DNA from: Chrysomallon squamiferum
Lineage: Eukaryota; Animalia; Mollusca
Assembly: GCA_012295275.1 (NCBI GenBank)
Contig: CM022670.1
Location: forward strand, 2,480,001-2,544,000
Direction of reading: 5' to 3'
DNA: 64,000 bases
The notes under the pieces are model-generated. The model was not told where the DNA came from. It did no database searches and saw only the letters and a list, made by a program, of their open reading frames with translations. A program made the position numbers and the translations under genes. Positions within the stretch are counted from its first letter, which is position 1. Each line of letters opens with the position of its first letter. This document shows positions 26,152 through 39,353 of this stretch, in pieces.

Positions 26152-27733
26152 TCATTGGACCATATTTAAATAATACCAGCATATACAAAAACACAGACAA
26201 GCACAAATCGGGAAAAAATTAATGTTATCTATCTATTTACAAGTCTAACTGTAGATGTTAATATACCTTCCAACATACATTATTCACACAGACAGACAAA
26301 CAAATATACAAACATATATACGCAAATGAAATAACATTATCTTCGTGCAAATAATGATGATCTGAATCGTTATTTCTTTAAAAGACGTCGGCAGACGCAA
26401 TCAGCTAAATGTGGTTGTGCTCAAAATGTTAGACGGATATTTGTGTTGCTAATACACCATCTGCAGTCGTCTTGAGCACATTTATATAAACAGAGTTAGA
26501 TAAAAGTAAAATCAAATTAATAATTAGGCAAATGTGCAGACGTTAAATTTGGACAATATATCTGAGCCTTGCTTGTTTCAGACGTATGTTAATCGATTTG
26601 TTAAGTTACGGTGACCAAATGCACACTGACCGTTTAAGAACAGGAATGTTAAGAATGACGGGCTAAAGTTTCATAATGAAAAATAAATAAATAAATAAAT
26701 AAATAAAAAGAAAATAAAAAGAAAGATAAATAAATGGAATTCGATTTTATAATATTTATGTATTAATAGGATAATAAAAATACACTGAATATTACACCTT
26801 CCTCAGTCATATGAACATTACTATTATTAATTACGAAGTTATTATCACTATTACGACTACTACTGTTACTACAATTAATGCTACTACTACTAGTACTATT
26901 ATACAACAACAACAACTACTACTACTACTTTCACTAACTACTACTACTACAACTCTCACCACAACAACAACCTTTACTACCATCACTACTACTTCATTCA
27001 TTGTAAATCCTACCACTATTTTCATAATGTCTGCGTGTCGTACAATACGAAATAAAAAACTGAACAACATTCACAACTAAACAACAGGACGTTATACTGC
27101 ATTTGAAACGACACTCGAGATAAACCTCGGTTACCCGTGTGTGTAAAGGACGTGTATCAAGCACGCCACTCCGGATTTACGAGTGTTTTTACCAAGCACA
27201 AAGATGAACACATTCGACAAAAAAGTAAACACGAAATGTACAAACGGGCCATAAACATTTGAGAGCTGTAATAAATGGCTGTTTTGATTAAAAGATTTAT
27301 CAACGTATACCCGTGTTTGCAGAGGCGATACACCTGAGATTCGGGTTGTTATTTGCGCAGACAAATCAAATTATATTTACAGAGATGTAAAAGACGCTAA
27401 AACGTGGGTGGCGAACTACGAAGAATGTTTCTTCGTGCAATAAATATGTCTATCTTAAATCTTAAGTCAATACCAAATGACAGGCCGTGGAGATGCAAAT
27501 AAATATAAAACATCCAATAATAATAATAATACTGTCCGGCGGACAAGCGGTAGGAATTCGGTAAAAGTATACCCGACCTATTTTCGGTAAATATAAATTG
27601 TTGGAATTTTTTTTTTTTTTTTTTTTTTTTTTATTGCTTTGTCAACATTTGGAAAGAGTATTTTAGATGTTTTTTATTTCCTTTGTTTATGTGAACTGGA
27701 ATAAATGAAACGTAAACCCTTTTTGGACAAACG

Positions 27734-27798
<65 letters not shown>

Positions 27799-27939
27799 TG
27801 TTATGCATTCTAGTGACACTAATTCTGTCTTAGTTTATCAGTACTGTCTACTCGAATCCAAGGCATTTTTCATATTACCTAACAAAAACAAAACAAAAAA
27901 TAAAATAATAATAATTAAAAAAAAGGTGTATAAACGATG

Positions 27940-27981
27940 CTACAAAAACAACAAAGAACACGTTGTATTTTTCCATTTATT
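27940..27981 (-). promoter_or_regulatory. Candidate dachshund polyadenylation site (AATAAA plus GU-rich downstream element)
   Basis: The minus strand reads AATAAA (27981-27976), tggaaaaatacaacg, then tgttctttgttgtttttgt, a textbook GU/U-rich downstream element. Confidence 0.55.
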
Positions 27982-30900
27982 GATGACAAAATAGGAATGT
28001 CTCCACAAAATAATATTGTGTTGGTATTACAAACTATACTAACTCTACATGGACGATGTTTTCTGAGTACTAAGATGGACAAGTAATCATGCTATTTTCA
28101 TGACGTTTATCAGGAGTTGATGCTGTCATCGTAAGCTGATAAATTTATGAAATAACAAACAATGTCAATATTTATCAGAAAGTGATGTTGAAACAATAAA
28201 CCATTTATCTGTATTCATGTAATAATGTACTATTTTCTTACCAGAAGGTTTGGTTAAAGTCAGGAACTGATGCAAGATTTTAAAAAACTCCACATCCCCC
28301 CCATGAAACAAAATATTTTCCTGGTGTATTCATGAAATAACAAATAATCATTCTCTTTTTAAGACATTTATCAAAATATGGTAATAAAATCATGAACGTT
28401 ATGTTTTTTTTTTTTTTTTTTAATGAAATAATGATACTACTTTCCAAACATTTACCAGCATATGATGTTGAATTCACAAAGCGATGTATTCATGAAATAA
28501 CACAATAATAAACTATAAACTACTACTTTTTTTTTCAAACAGGGAAGTCAGTATCCAAGCACTAATAGTAAATTTACATTAAATGGACATTTCAATAATT
28601 TGTATGATACATGTAGGACAAATGTATGTAAATTTGGACATTAAACTGAAAAATCTGAAGTAATAAAAATGTATCTTTCCCCCTAATAATAAAAAAAAAA
28701 GAAAAAAAGAATATTTGTAACAGAAAATTGGAATTTAGAAATAAAAAAAACCATAATTACAATGATTTGTTTTTTACACATTAATTCTATTTAAAATAAT
28801 TAATGAAACAATTTAACTTAAATAATTATCTATAATTCTTTATTTTTAATTCAGTTATTATTAATAATAATAATAATAAATATTTTCCAAACTAATTCCC
28901 CAAAGTAAACGACAAACTCACCCACCCTGAACAAACAGAAAAATAATAAATACAATATTCTGAGCAATAAATTTCACAACCTTTCAGAGTAAAAAAATCT
29001 GCAATAAAAATGTTTACTGAATAAAATTAAAATATAAAAACCTGACGTTTATGGTTTTGCTTGCTGTTTTACATCTTACAGAAATGCCTGTTTATTTAGT
29101 TGTTTAATACTGTGCCATTTTCAATGTCTTACCAAAAATAATGTTGTTTTTAATTATACTTTGTTCTGTGCTGTCATTCTTAGAAAAAGTGATTACAGAG
29201 ATTATGCAATGTATTTTCCAGAAAACAATCAGTTCAGTTACTCCTTCAGTACTGAGGAGTTAGTTGAATATTATACTTCTTTGTTAATTTACTTAGTGTT
29301 AGTTGATTATATTGTATTCAGTTTTGTTTGTCATTTTTATACTGTTAATTTTAAAAATGTTACACGTAATAAATTGTATACTCAGTTCTCTGTACTTCAG
29401 ATTAACACCAGTTACATTTTCAGTGTTCTTGGTACAAAAGGGATTCAGATGCATATTGAATACACCTGTTATCAAATATGTGTTTGATGTATGAGCTCAC
29501 ACACTGCATTTTCAGTGTATCAGATGTCCAAGTTTTTACACTGAGTATATTTACTTAGTTTTTAACATATCTGGTAGTTAACTGGGTCCTTTTTTTAATT
29601 TTTTTCATTTATGAATCAAGTAACCAATGATACATACACTCAGTTAACCATCGTATGTAATTCCTGAATTAATTAATCTGATATTGTAAATAATAATAAT
29701 CATCATCATCTGAAGTTATATATATAAAAAATATTTTTTCACAGATTAAATGCTTCTGAATTTAAAAAATACATTCAAGTAAAAAACAAAATACATTTAA
29801 AAAAATTAAAATTAAAAAAAAAAGACAATATAAACTGTAGAAACTAGAGCAAACCTAAAAAGCATAAATCTGGAGATACAACTTAATTCAGTATGAACAC
29901 AAAACAAAATAAAACTAATAATAAATGCAATAGTTTTGGGTTGTCTTTTTTGAGTACAAAGAATAGAAAAAAGGAGTTATGTTCCAACTACATGAACACA
30001 TTAAATTTCAAAATTAGTCTATCAGAAGACAATGTAAAAACACGTAGAGTGCAAAATAAAAATATTATCATCAAGAGTAAAGATGTCTTTTTTCATACAA
30101 ACCTGAAGTCTCTCATTTATTGTTGTCTCATTAAGATAATTTGTGATGAAAAAAAGGCTTTGATAATATCCCATTGTCAGTTTTTAAAAATTACACACTT
30201 TCCATCCTTGAAGGTTATCATCATTATTATTTTTTTTGTTTTGTTTTTAGACAATCATTCACAAAATTCCTGAACAAAAGAGAGATTTAGATTAGGCAAA
30301 ATTTGAAAAATGAATTCAAAGACTGCTAGATATTTTTTTTTTAATTATTTAAAAAAAAAAAAAAAGAAAAAAAAAAAAAAAGCATGATGAGAGATGTAAA
30401 AACAAAAATTGTATAAACCAGTTTGTCTGGGCTGCTACATATGACAGCTTTGAGAGCAGAATGATAGTCATCATGTCTTTCACACACATAATCATCCCTA
30501 ATCAGTCACTCCTACAATGAAACAAGCACCGAGTTACTGCGCTACACGGGATACAACACAACTAGTTTGATAATTATTCATATTGCAGGCTTACACCATG
30601 CAGTGTATTTATAACTGTATATAACTAAAACTGAATGTCCTACAATACATTACACAATTCATGTCATACAATATGTGCCTGTCACACTGTCATATATATA
30701 TGTATGTATATATATAACACCAACACAGAACAACATAATATTCTGAAAGGAACAGCATCATCATCATCTATAATACACAACAACAGCAGCAACAATAATA
30801 ATTTTCTTAATGATAATCTTCTGGGTTTGGCCAATGGGTTTTAAAAAACTAGTCCATAAAACCTCCATGAAGAGTATGGTTTAACAGTTGATTTTACTCA

Positions 30901-31676
30901 TATCTTAACATATACTGCTTTACCAGTGCAACAGAATATCATGTTATACTTATTTCAAATAACTGTTTTAAATACATGACTGTTATTAAACTTGATTTTA
31001 CACATAATTTTTTAACAGAAACTAGTTGTATCATTATTATTAAACTTATTTCAAATCATACTGGATGGTTTAATTTTCAGCCCTATTTTTGTAACATATA
31101 ACACCCAATATAATATTGGATAAACTATTTTGCAACTGCTGTAATGAACTGTTATTTCACATTTTGTTGGCTGATACACATAATAATATTAGACTACAAT
31201 ATTCTACATGATATTTGGGGTAGTTATTGTTTCAAAATTGCTTTTAAAATGTTCGATGGTACATTTCAGAAACAGTGTCTGTAAACAAAGAATCATTATC
31301 TTCACATAATACTTGGGCAAAACCCACATAAAATCATGTTTTTTTTTTTTTTCACATCATAAATTTTGTTGTGTTATTATTATTCACACTGCCCTAAAGG
31401 ACTCCCACATTCCTGAAAATTCAAATCTTCAAAAAGTGTTTCCTTCTTCTTTCCTAATCCTCACTGAAGTCACATACACAAAATATAAACATTGTTGTTG
31501 TTTTTAGAATCGTTTTGTCAGTGCTAAACCTGTGTTTGTACATTCACTGAACAGCCAGGCTTGGTTCACTGCAATGTTCACTGTTCACAGCAGCAGTTGA
31601 TATTATTTTGTTTTTGTTTTATATAAAAGTGAACACTGAGGAAAGCCAGAGAGTCGCTGACGATGTGACAGTGAAT
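27960..31676 (-). other. dac: Putative long 3'UTR of dachshund (about 3.7 kb)
   Basis: Runs from the stop codon to a canonical poly(A) site near 27960. Its CpG-poor composition is continuous with the gene body and changes around 28 kb. More proximal AATAAA sites also exist. Confidence 0.5.
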
Positions 31677-31786
31677 TCATTGGACTTCGCCAGGAACTAG
31701 AGACAGGTAGGGAAAGCGGGGTTGATTGTTAGCCTGGTGCACAGAGGTGTAGTTGTCGTAGACGTCGTGCAGGGATCTCTCAGATT
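31677..31786 (-). CDS. dac: Dachshund homolog, last coding exon
   Basis: Acceptor tttatttttgacag. In frame it reads ESERSLHDVYDNYTSVHQANNQPRFPYLSLVPGEVQ, then TGA at 31679-31677. GC-rich relative to its flanks. Confidence 0.8.
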
Positions 31787-32099
31787 CTGTCAAAAATAAA
31801 CAAATAAAATTAATTAAAAAGTAGTTATTAACAAAATTGTACATTAGCACACGTGTGTTTTGTGTGTTGTGTGTGTGTCTGTATATATATATATATCTAT
31901 ATATATATAATGTAGATACAGATATCCTCCATTTAATAAAGGATTTTTCGAAATAGTAATAGATGTTGATATTTCCAACTGGTTTAACAATTCAAACACT
32001 GATATGTGTTGTATCCATTTCTTTTAGTATCAACAGATTATAAAAACTTATTCCTTTTTCTCAGCTCTGCAATTAAAAACATTTACTTTATCAGTTGGT

Positions 32100-32342
32100 A
32101 GCATGGAGACATGTAATAAGAAAATCTGCAAAAAGATGATGATGTAAATCATCAGCAGAAAGTTACTGTTTGTATGCACCTTCCAAGAGATGGGAAAATA
32201 CATATCACAATCTCTGATAAAACCGCCATGGAACACTGGTTGGAATGAGAAACAACCCATAAAGCAACATCAAAGAGAAATGATCCTGTGATCTATGAAA
32301 CCCTGAGAGAGTGCTCTACCCACTGAGCCACATGCCACTCCT
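32100..32342 (-). mobile_element. Decayed tRNA-derived SINE copy
   Basis: Pol III A-box TGGCTCAGTGG followed by GTAGAGCA on the minus strand (32330-32312). The body (tgcaccttccaagagatgggaaaatacat) resembles the copies at about 33975 and 37540. Confidence 0.65.
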
Positions 32343-33181
32343 CTGTGTGAGAATTCAATACAGGAAGTTTAACTTGCCAAGCAAATATTTGTTTATTTAT
32401 CTGTTCAATAACACCCCAGCACAAACTAAAACTGGCTTCTGGGTGTAACAAACCTGTTACTCTAACCTCAAAGTGTTACTTTAAAATACCAAAATATTTT
32501 AAAAACAGCAAAAAAAGATAAGGATATGATCTAAATTTCTCAATTTCTTGTCATAAAAGAGGTTTATTTTGGTGATTTATCAAACTGAACTAACTTTACA
32601 TCAATAATCCAGTTTGTTAAACAGCTCTGTTCTTAGGAACTCTTGAGAGCTCAATTTAAAAAAAATAAAAATAAAAAAATGTTTTTGATTTTTTAATGAC
32701 TCTCTTCTGAAATGCAAGCCTTGGCAATCAATCCCCAAGTTCTGTGTGCTACAGGATCATGAATGGAAAACTAATTGACAATTTTATTTTCTATTTATCT
32801 GCCTTGTGAAGTTTACAAAGTGTCTTAGATGCGTGTAACAGTTGCATGAAATAAAATACCAAATATCTTCTTCTTCTTCTTCTTCTTCTTTTTTTTTTTT
32901 TTTTTTTCTAATCTTGCATTTTAAAAAAAAAAAATTTTTTTTTTTTTTTTTTTTTGATATTTTATTTGTGGAAAGTAAAAAGAGTTCAAGTTGGTATGAA
33001 GTAATAAATTAAAACTTTTATGCACTGATTGGTGATGTTCAGGTGAAGAGAAACAGAGAGATGTTTATAGCCAGGTGAAGAAAGCCTAAATGAATTAAGC
33101 AAACAGACAGATGGACAGGAGTGCTGTGTGATGAGTATTCTGAGAATGAAGTCAGCCAAGGAATGTTTTCAATCTGGAAAC

Positions 33182-33555
33182 CTGGATCATGTTACACAGC
33201 GGTCATTTCACAGTGGATCATGTTACATGAGGTCATTTCACAGTGCATCATGTTACAAGAAATCATTTCATAGTAGATCATGTTACATGAAAAAATCATT
33301 CATCAGGCTTTCGTGGGTCACTGAGAGTTGATCATGTTACACAAGGTCAACACACAGTAGGTTATATCAGGTGACCATGCCACAGTGCATCATCCAAAAC
33401 TGGAGATATTCTACAGTAGAAAACACAGGACTGGCCACTGACACATGATAATCCAAAACTGATCACGTTACAATGGATCACTCAGAGTTGATCATCTTTC
33501 AGTGGATCACTCAGAGTTGATCATCTTTCAGAGGATCACCCAGAGTTAATCATCC
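33182..33555. repeat. Degenerate 29-31 bp tandem repeat in the last dachshund intron
   Basis: About four tggatcatgttaca...ggtcatttcacag units from 33183, then about three tggatcactcagagttgatcatctttcag units from about 33474. Confidence 0.85.
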
Positions 33556-33756
33556 AGCTGGTCATTTTATAGCAGAGCGTTTTATCCCATGTTTTAGTAG
33601 ACAGTGTGGATTTCTGAACTGATGTGGGTTACTTTGTAATAAATAATGAGGTGTGTCATTTCACATGTGGTCATGTTACCAAAGTAAACTGAACAGTTTC
33701 AGGAAATATCTAAATATACTTGTTTCTACAAGAAGTCCAGTTATTTCTAATTTTAC

Positions 33757-33822
33757 CTGGCATTTTCCTCTCAGTGTCTGACTGGCTTTGTTTATCTTCA
33801 TCTGAATCTTGCTCAGCAGAAT
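33757..33822 (-). CDS. dac: Dachshund homolog, short acidic C-terminal exon
   Basis: Acceptor atttttcag and donor G|GTAAAA; 66 nt, phase 1-1, open in the expected frame: DSAEQDSDEDKQSQSDTERKMP. Confidence 0.8.
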
Positions 33823-33859
33823 CTGAAAAATTTACAATGAATAAATGTTTAATGATGCC

Positions 33860-34030
33860 TTAGTACATTTTTCTTTTAATGGTCAGTGGTTTTAAAGATG
33901 TTTAATTGCCATGATGATGTGTGATACAGAAAACATGCTGATGTTACATCATAATGTATTATTAGCAAACCATCTGCACCTTCCCATAGACAGGAGAATA
34001 CATGTTGTGAATAGTTCTGGAACTCGGATA
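33860..34030 (-). mobile_element. Decayed SINE body fragment, same family
   Basis: gcaccttcccatagacaggagaatacatg matches the reverse complement of 37539-37567 at all but about 3 of 29 positions. Confidence 0.55.
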
Positions 34031-34144
34031 GGAATGGACCACAGTATACGCTCCTAATAAACACAACATATTAGAACAAAGTTAGTCAAGTAATGTTTTA
34101 GCTAGAACATAGGATTCTGTAAGCAACTTCAGGACAGCACTTAC

Positions 34145-34294
34145 CAGCCAAATTGTGTGTGGACTCTGGGCTGGTGGTAGGTTTGTTGAGTTCCAGGTTT
34201 GGCATGGACATGTTTGACTTTGTAACGGAGTCAAGCTGTTCCTGTATCCTGCGTCTTGCCTTCTTCTCCTTCTTCAGACGTTTTGTCAAAATAA
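34145..34294 (-). CDS. dac: Dachshund homolog, end of DD2 exon
   Basis: Acceptor gtgtttgcag and donor G|GTAAGT; 150 nt. Encodes VILTKRLKKEKKARRRIQEQLDSVTKSNMSMPNLELNKPTTSPESTHNLA (KRLKKEKKA.R..QE.L motif). Confidence 0.95.
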
Positions 34295-34496
34295 CTGCAA
34301 ACACAAACAAATGACAAAAATAGTCATAACAGAAGATAACATTAAACAGGAATGAATTGATTTTTGTTTTACCACACATCAGTGAATTATCAGTTTTATC
34401 AGTTACTGGCAGCTTTGTTTCTTAAATATTAATAAAAAAAAAAAAAAATATGAACATTTTTCAATGGACATGTCATATGTCTGTGGTTAACATCAA

Positions 34497-34567
<71 letters not shown>

Positions 34568-34661
34568 CACTAAATATACTCATTGCAGACATATTATCAA
34601 TATGATCATACTAGGTGTTAAAACTAATTAAATCTATGCTTATTTCAGTACAAAACCCTAC

Positions 34662-34745
34662 CTCTGTTTTTCTGTTCATCCAGAAGTTGTTTTTCTAAAG
34701 TTTCTCGTAATTCTCTTTCTCTCATCAATTCCATCTTCAGTTCAG
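34662..34745 (-). CDS. dac: Dachshund homolog, DD2 coiled-coil exon
   Basis: Acceptor tattttctcag and donor G|GTAGGG; 84 nt. Encodes TELKMELMRERELRETLEKQLLDEQKNR, closely matching the DACH DD2 coiled coil. Absent from the ORF track. Confidence 0.96.
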
Positions 34746-37494
34746 CTGAGAAAATAAAGAAATAAAAAATATAAATAAAAATAAAATTAAACATTATTTT
34801 TCTTTCATAAATTACCTGATGTATCAGAATGTTTTTCTGTCAGTAATTAGGGATATTTTCACATGCATTTCATCAAAGACAACAAAGGAAATGACTGGAA
34901 CAGGAAATGTGACCCATAATGTATAAGCCCATTATTTCATTGCTACATTCATTAGACAGTCTCATTTGTAACATTATATTTATTGTTACAAGTTCAAAGT
35001 TTAATAATTTTATCACTTCTAAACCTGTATTCATTTATGTTCAGTGAACAACCAGGCTAGATTTCTAAATGATTTTAAAAAAATAAAATAAAAATTTCAA
35101 GTCTTCATTTCATTTATATTTCAGGTTGTTGTTTTTAAAACTGTTTCTTTTCTTCCTTTTTCCATTTATTTATTTATTTATTTATGATTAAATGTTTATA
35201 AAAGTATTTCCAGCAATATATCACTGGCTACACTGTGTAATTTTTGTTTGATTATGGCACAACACATACAACAGGTATAAAATTAATTCATTTATTTTCT
35301 TGTCTAATGAAAAATAGATCAGCTTTATATAAATTCAGTACTGAACAAACTTATGAATTTGAGGCATATTTTACTCAAAAAATTATATTTAAAAATTAAA
35401 CAGAATAAAATGGACAATTGAGGTGGATATTCTGCCAGCAAATGCTGTAGAAAAGATTACAAATAGCAGAAAAATACAGTATTCACCATCTAAAACAGTG
35501 GATGGAATGAAAAATAATGAAATGTTGTTCTTTAAACAGATGAAATTTTGTGTTGCATTTGAAATAAAATCTGTCCAGTTCAGAAAGAAACAACCCCGTA
35601 AAAAATAATGTTGAAAAGAAAACAAAAGAAAACCAAAAAAAAAAAAAAAAAAAAAAAAGTAAAAACATTCTACCAATTGTTAAAGACTAACAATAAAAAT
35701 AAAAACCCCTAAAAAAATAACAATTCAAATTAGTAAAAATCCTAAAAATTAATAATAAAAACTCCATTTATATTTGAAAGAGGATTCTCTAATAAAAAAA
35801 TCAACAATAAGAATTAATTATTAACACTAACAAATGCCACTAACAATATTTCCAACATTTAATAATGATGATAGGTATATGAGATCTCTATGTGTGAATA
35901 TTATTGATATTGGTAGTTTGATATTTTCTCATATTGGATGTCAGGCTGAAACAAGCAGAACAACACGTCCCACTTGTTCATTAACACTTCTTAATAAACC
36001 AGTAACTAATTACTGCCAGAAAATAAAGGCTTTAGGTTTTTTTACATTTTTTTTTTTATTATTATTATCTTTTCATAAAACAAGAAAATAAAAAAAAAAA
36101 AAAAAAACAAATCAGAATAAAAAATGAATGAATCAAGGGTAACAATAAAGGGTGCAATCTGCAATTTTTCCAGTTTAATGTAATTACTGCAAATTGCATC
36201 AAGTAATGAAATATTATTCATAGACGGAGATTCTTTAATGTTGTTTTTTCTTTTAATATTGTATGAGAAATGTACTGGCCGTTAATGAATAAACCTTTTG
36301 TAATTTTGTACTGAGGGACTGAAGCACACTTAATGAAACATCAGCAGTTTGGCATAATGTTTTTGGAGAAGCTCATAACAGTGATATAAACGAGAGTCCG
36401 GTGTTTATTATGAGGTATCAAATCGATGCTAAACCCATCCAAAGTGAAATTTATGAACTGGAAGACCCCCCAATTTCACCTTTTTTACAATTGAGCAATT
36501 TGTAGCAGATCAATTGATATCGGAATATTGGAAATGATGGGCCGGCTCACATAGCTGGAGATCAAAGTTAATTTTACTAAGTGCCAAATTCCTACAGACA
36601 ATAGTCAATTATGACACTTTTTCAAGCCCATCTGGAACCTGTAAACAGACAATATTGGGCTGATTTCAATCTCACACTGCCTCACCAGCTCGGTGGTTTC
36701 ACTTGGATCGTAACCAGAACTGGGTAATTTGATTGTAGTTATTGTTATTCTCTGGTGTGCTTTGATTTCATGAATTATTATGACACCATTATCACCCAGT
36801 CGCAATCAACAACAGCTCAAGTTAAAAAGCTGCCACTTTTCTTTCTCTCTCGCTCTCTCTCTCTCTAGCACCAGCGTTGCCAGATGTACATTTATATCTA
36901 GCTGATAATTATTTTGTTGGATTTCAAATCATTTATTGTCAATTATTAATGCATTCGCAAAGACATGTGATTGATGAAATAGATGAACGCGAAAAAGAAA
37001 AAAGAAAAAACACACAGAATAACTCGGAAACAGACGAGAAACAGAAATATTTTTATTTAATTTTTTTTTTTTTTTTACCCTAATCTGTTTTTAGTTTTTT
37101 TAAAATACTAATGATTTAATAATGAAACCACAGGAAATGAAAATTTAATAAAAAGAAGATTTTGTGTCTGGATTTCTTAATTATTATAATTAACTTCTTT
37201 TTTTTTTTTCATTTATTTTAAATTATCTGCCTGAATGCATAGAAAAATGTTTTCTGTTTATTTTCTGATATATGTAAATACTTTCACAAAACTCTTTGAC
37301 TTTCTACATATTCATGTCATTAGATCTGTTATTATTCTTATACACTGACAAATTTCAGGTCCATCCAGATTAAAAAGACTGCCTGGTCAGATATAGAGAG
37401 AATACTTTGTGCCCAATAATACAGAAGTATTCAGTGAAATTGTCAGTAACAGCATTTCACTCTCATATTTATCATTATAAACATTTTTTATTTC

Positions 37495-37690
37495 ACATTC
37501 CAGTCTGTGTTCCACTTTTGGTCTACCAAAAACTGAAGCATGTGCTCTCCTGTCTAAGGGAAGGTGCTTAAAAAAGATTTATTGCTGCTACTTGAAAAAA
37601 GGAGCATGCTGTGTTACCAAAACTGGTTTCATCAGTGATTATTTGTGTTATTTAACCATAGTGTCAATAAATCACTAATATAAAAAATTT
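37495..37690 (+). mobile_element. Decayed SINE body, same family, opposite orientation
   Basis: catgtgctctcctgtctaagggaaggtgcttaaaaaagatttattgctgcta is reverse-complementary to the copies at 32.2, 34.0 and 63.36 kb. Confidence 0.6.
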
Positions 37691-37974
37691 TATAAACATT
37701 TTTTGTTTATTAAAAAAATAAAAAATAAAAAATAATAATAATAATAATTAAAATGCTATAAAATTAAAAACAAGTAAATAAATTAATTAAGATTCAGGAA
37801 ACAGAAAACAATCAAAACTGAAAAGTTTTCACTTACTGGATATAAAAAAGAAAAAACAAAAGAAGCCCAATTTCTTTTAAAACTCTGATCCCTCATTAAC
37901 ATACATTACATTCCAGGATTATTTTCTTTTGTTTTTTTTCCCTGCTCATTACAATCACAATCCAGCCAAAAAAG

Positions 37975-38012
<38 letters not shown>

Positions 38013-39309
38013 AGTCTGTTTTAGAAGAATCAAGAAATTTAAAAAAGAATAAAAAAACAAAAAGTGGTAATAAAGAAAAAATAATTTTCGTGAACACTCT
38101 ATTTCTAATTTAAATTAAAAGTTTCCACCACATGAAAATAAATTCCTCTCAGTGACACTTCTTTCCTTATCGCCGCAGTTTTATTTAAATTTTATTTTCC
38201 CTTTATTGCTGTATCCAGGATTTTGACCTTAAACTATTGTGTCTCATTAAAATACTTTTTTCTTTTACTCCAGCCATTTGAAAACCCATCACATATTAAA
38301 GACAGGGGCTTAAAAGAAAAAAAGAATTAAAAAAAAAAAAAGAAGAAAAAAAAAGAAAAGAAATAAAAATGACTTAGTAGATTTATGACCTTATCTGATG
38401 TATGTTTTCGTTTTTCACATTGATAATCTCATCGGCAAACACTTTGATTATTGAGGTTAAAATGAGAAATTACACTTGCAGATAGATAGATTGCATTTAA
38501 ATTTTCCCCGCATAGTAACTCAGAAAACACAATCAACGAGTATTTTCAAACGGAATGATCAAAGCTGAGGCTCATGTGGCCTTTATAATGGCTCATTTGA
38601 CAAATGCTAAAATATTGTTGTTTCCCCATGTCAAACAGGGGATACCCAATCGTGATTTACGACAATCGACGTTCCTATCTTCGGTCAAACAACACTGCAT
38701 TATCTCTCCATTTTCTTATTTATTAGCCTTTAATTTATTTTCTAGATGAATCAGAGAGGAGGTCTGCTGAAGAAGAAGAAGGAAAAAAAAAAAAAAAAAC
38801 AACAACTCTCACACCATTGCCAGATTATGATATGTGGACCGGCGGGAATGAAATTTTTGGGGAATTCAAGCAGAAAGCTGATAGATTTTTCCACATGAAG
38901 AATCACATTGAGGGAAACGCTCTAATGTGGAATAATGCATAAAAGTAAATCACTGTTTCTCCTCTAGGTTATAATCATGAGGCATTATCTTTAGCATTAA
39001 TGACCAATTTCATCTATTTTGCTTCTATTTCTCGCACTGCAACTGTAAAATCCTAAACCATCAGCAGGAAAAATGCAATAAAATGCTCCAAATGAACGAG
39101 AGGGTCTTGACAGTTTTCCGATAATTTGCACAATGAAAAGCACCACTGCAACTCCTTTAGCATTATACGAATAAAGAAGATTGAACTGAGCTTCCCTCAA
39201 ACAAAAGCCGTAGGAAATGATTTTTACATCAAGTGTTCCGTGATTTAAAAGAAATCACAGATTGAAAATAAAACAGGGGAAATGAGAATGAGCGAGTAAA
39301 ACTCTCTCT

Positions 39310-39353
<44 letters not shown>

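Noticed and set aside
32310-32342. tRNA-like sequence
   Set aside because: Only an A-box/D-arm remnant attached to a SINE body; no cloverleaf.
33128-33331. ORF with repeated SFHSxSCY units
   Set aside because: Translation of a 30-bp minisatellite, antisense within a dac intron.
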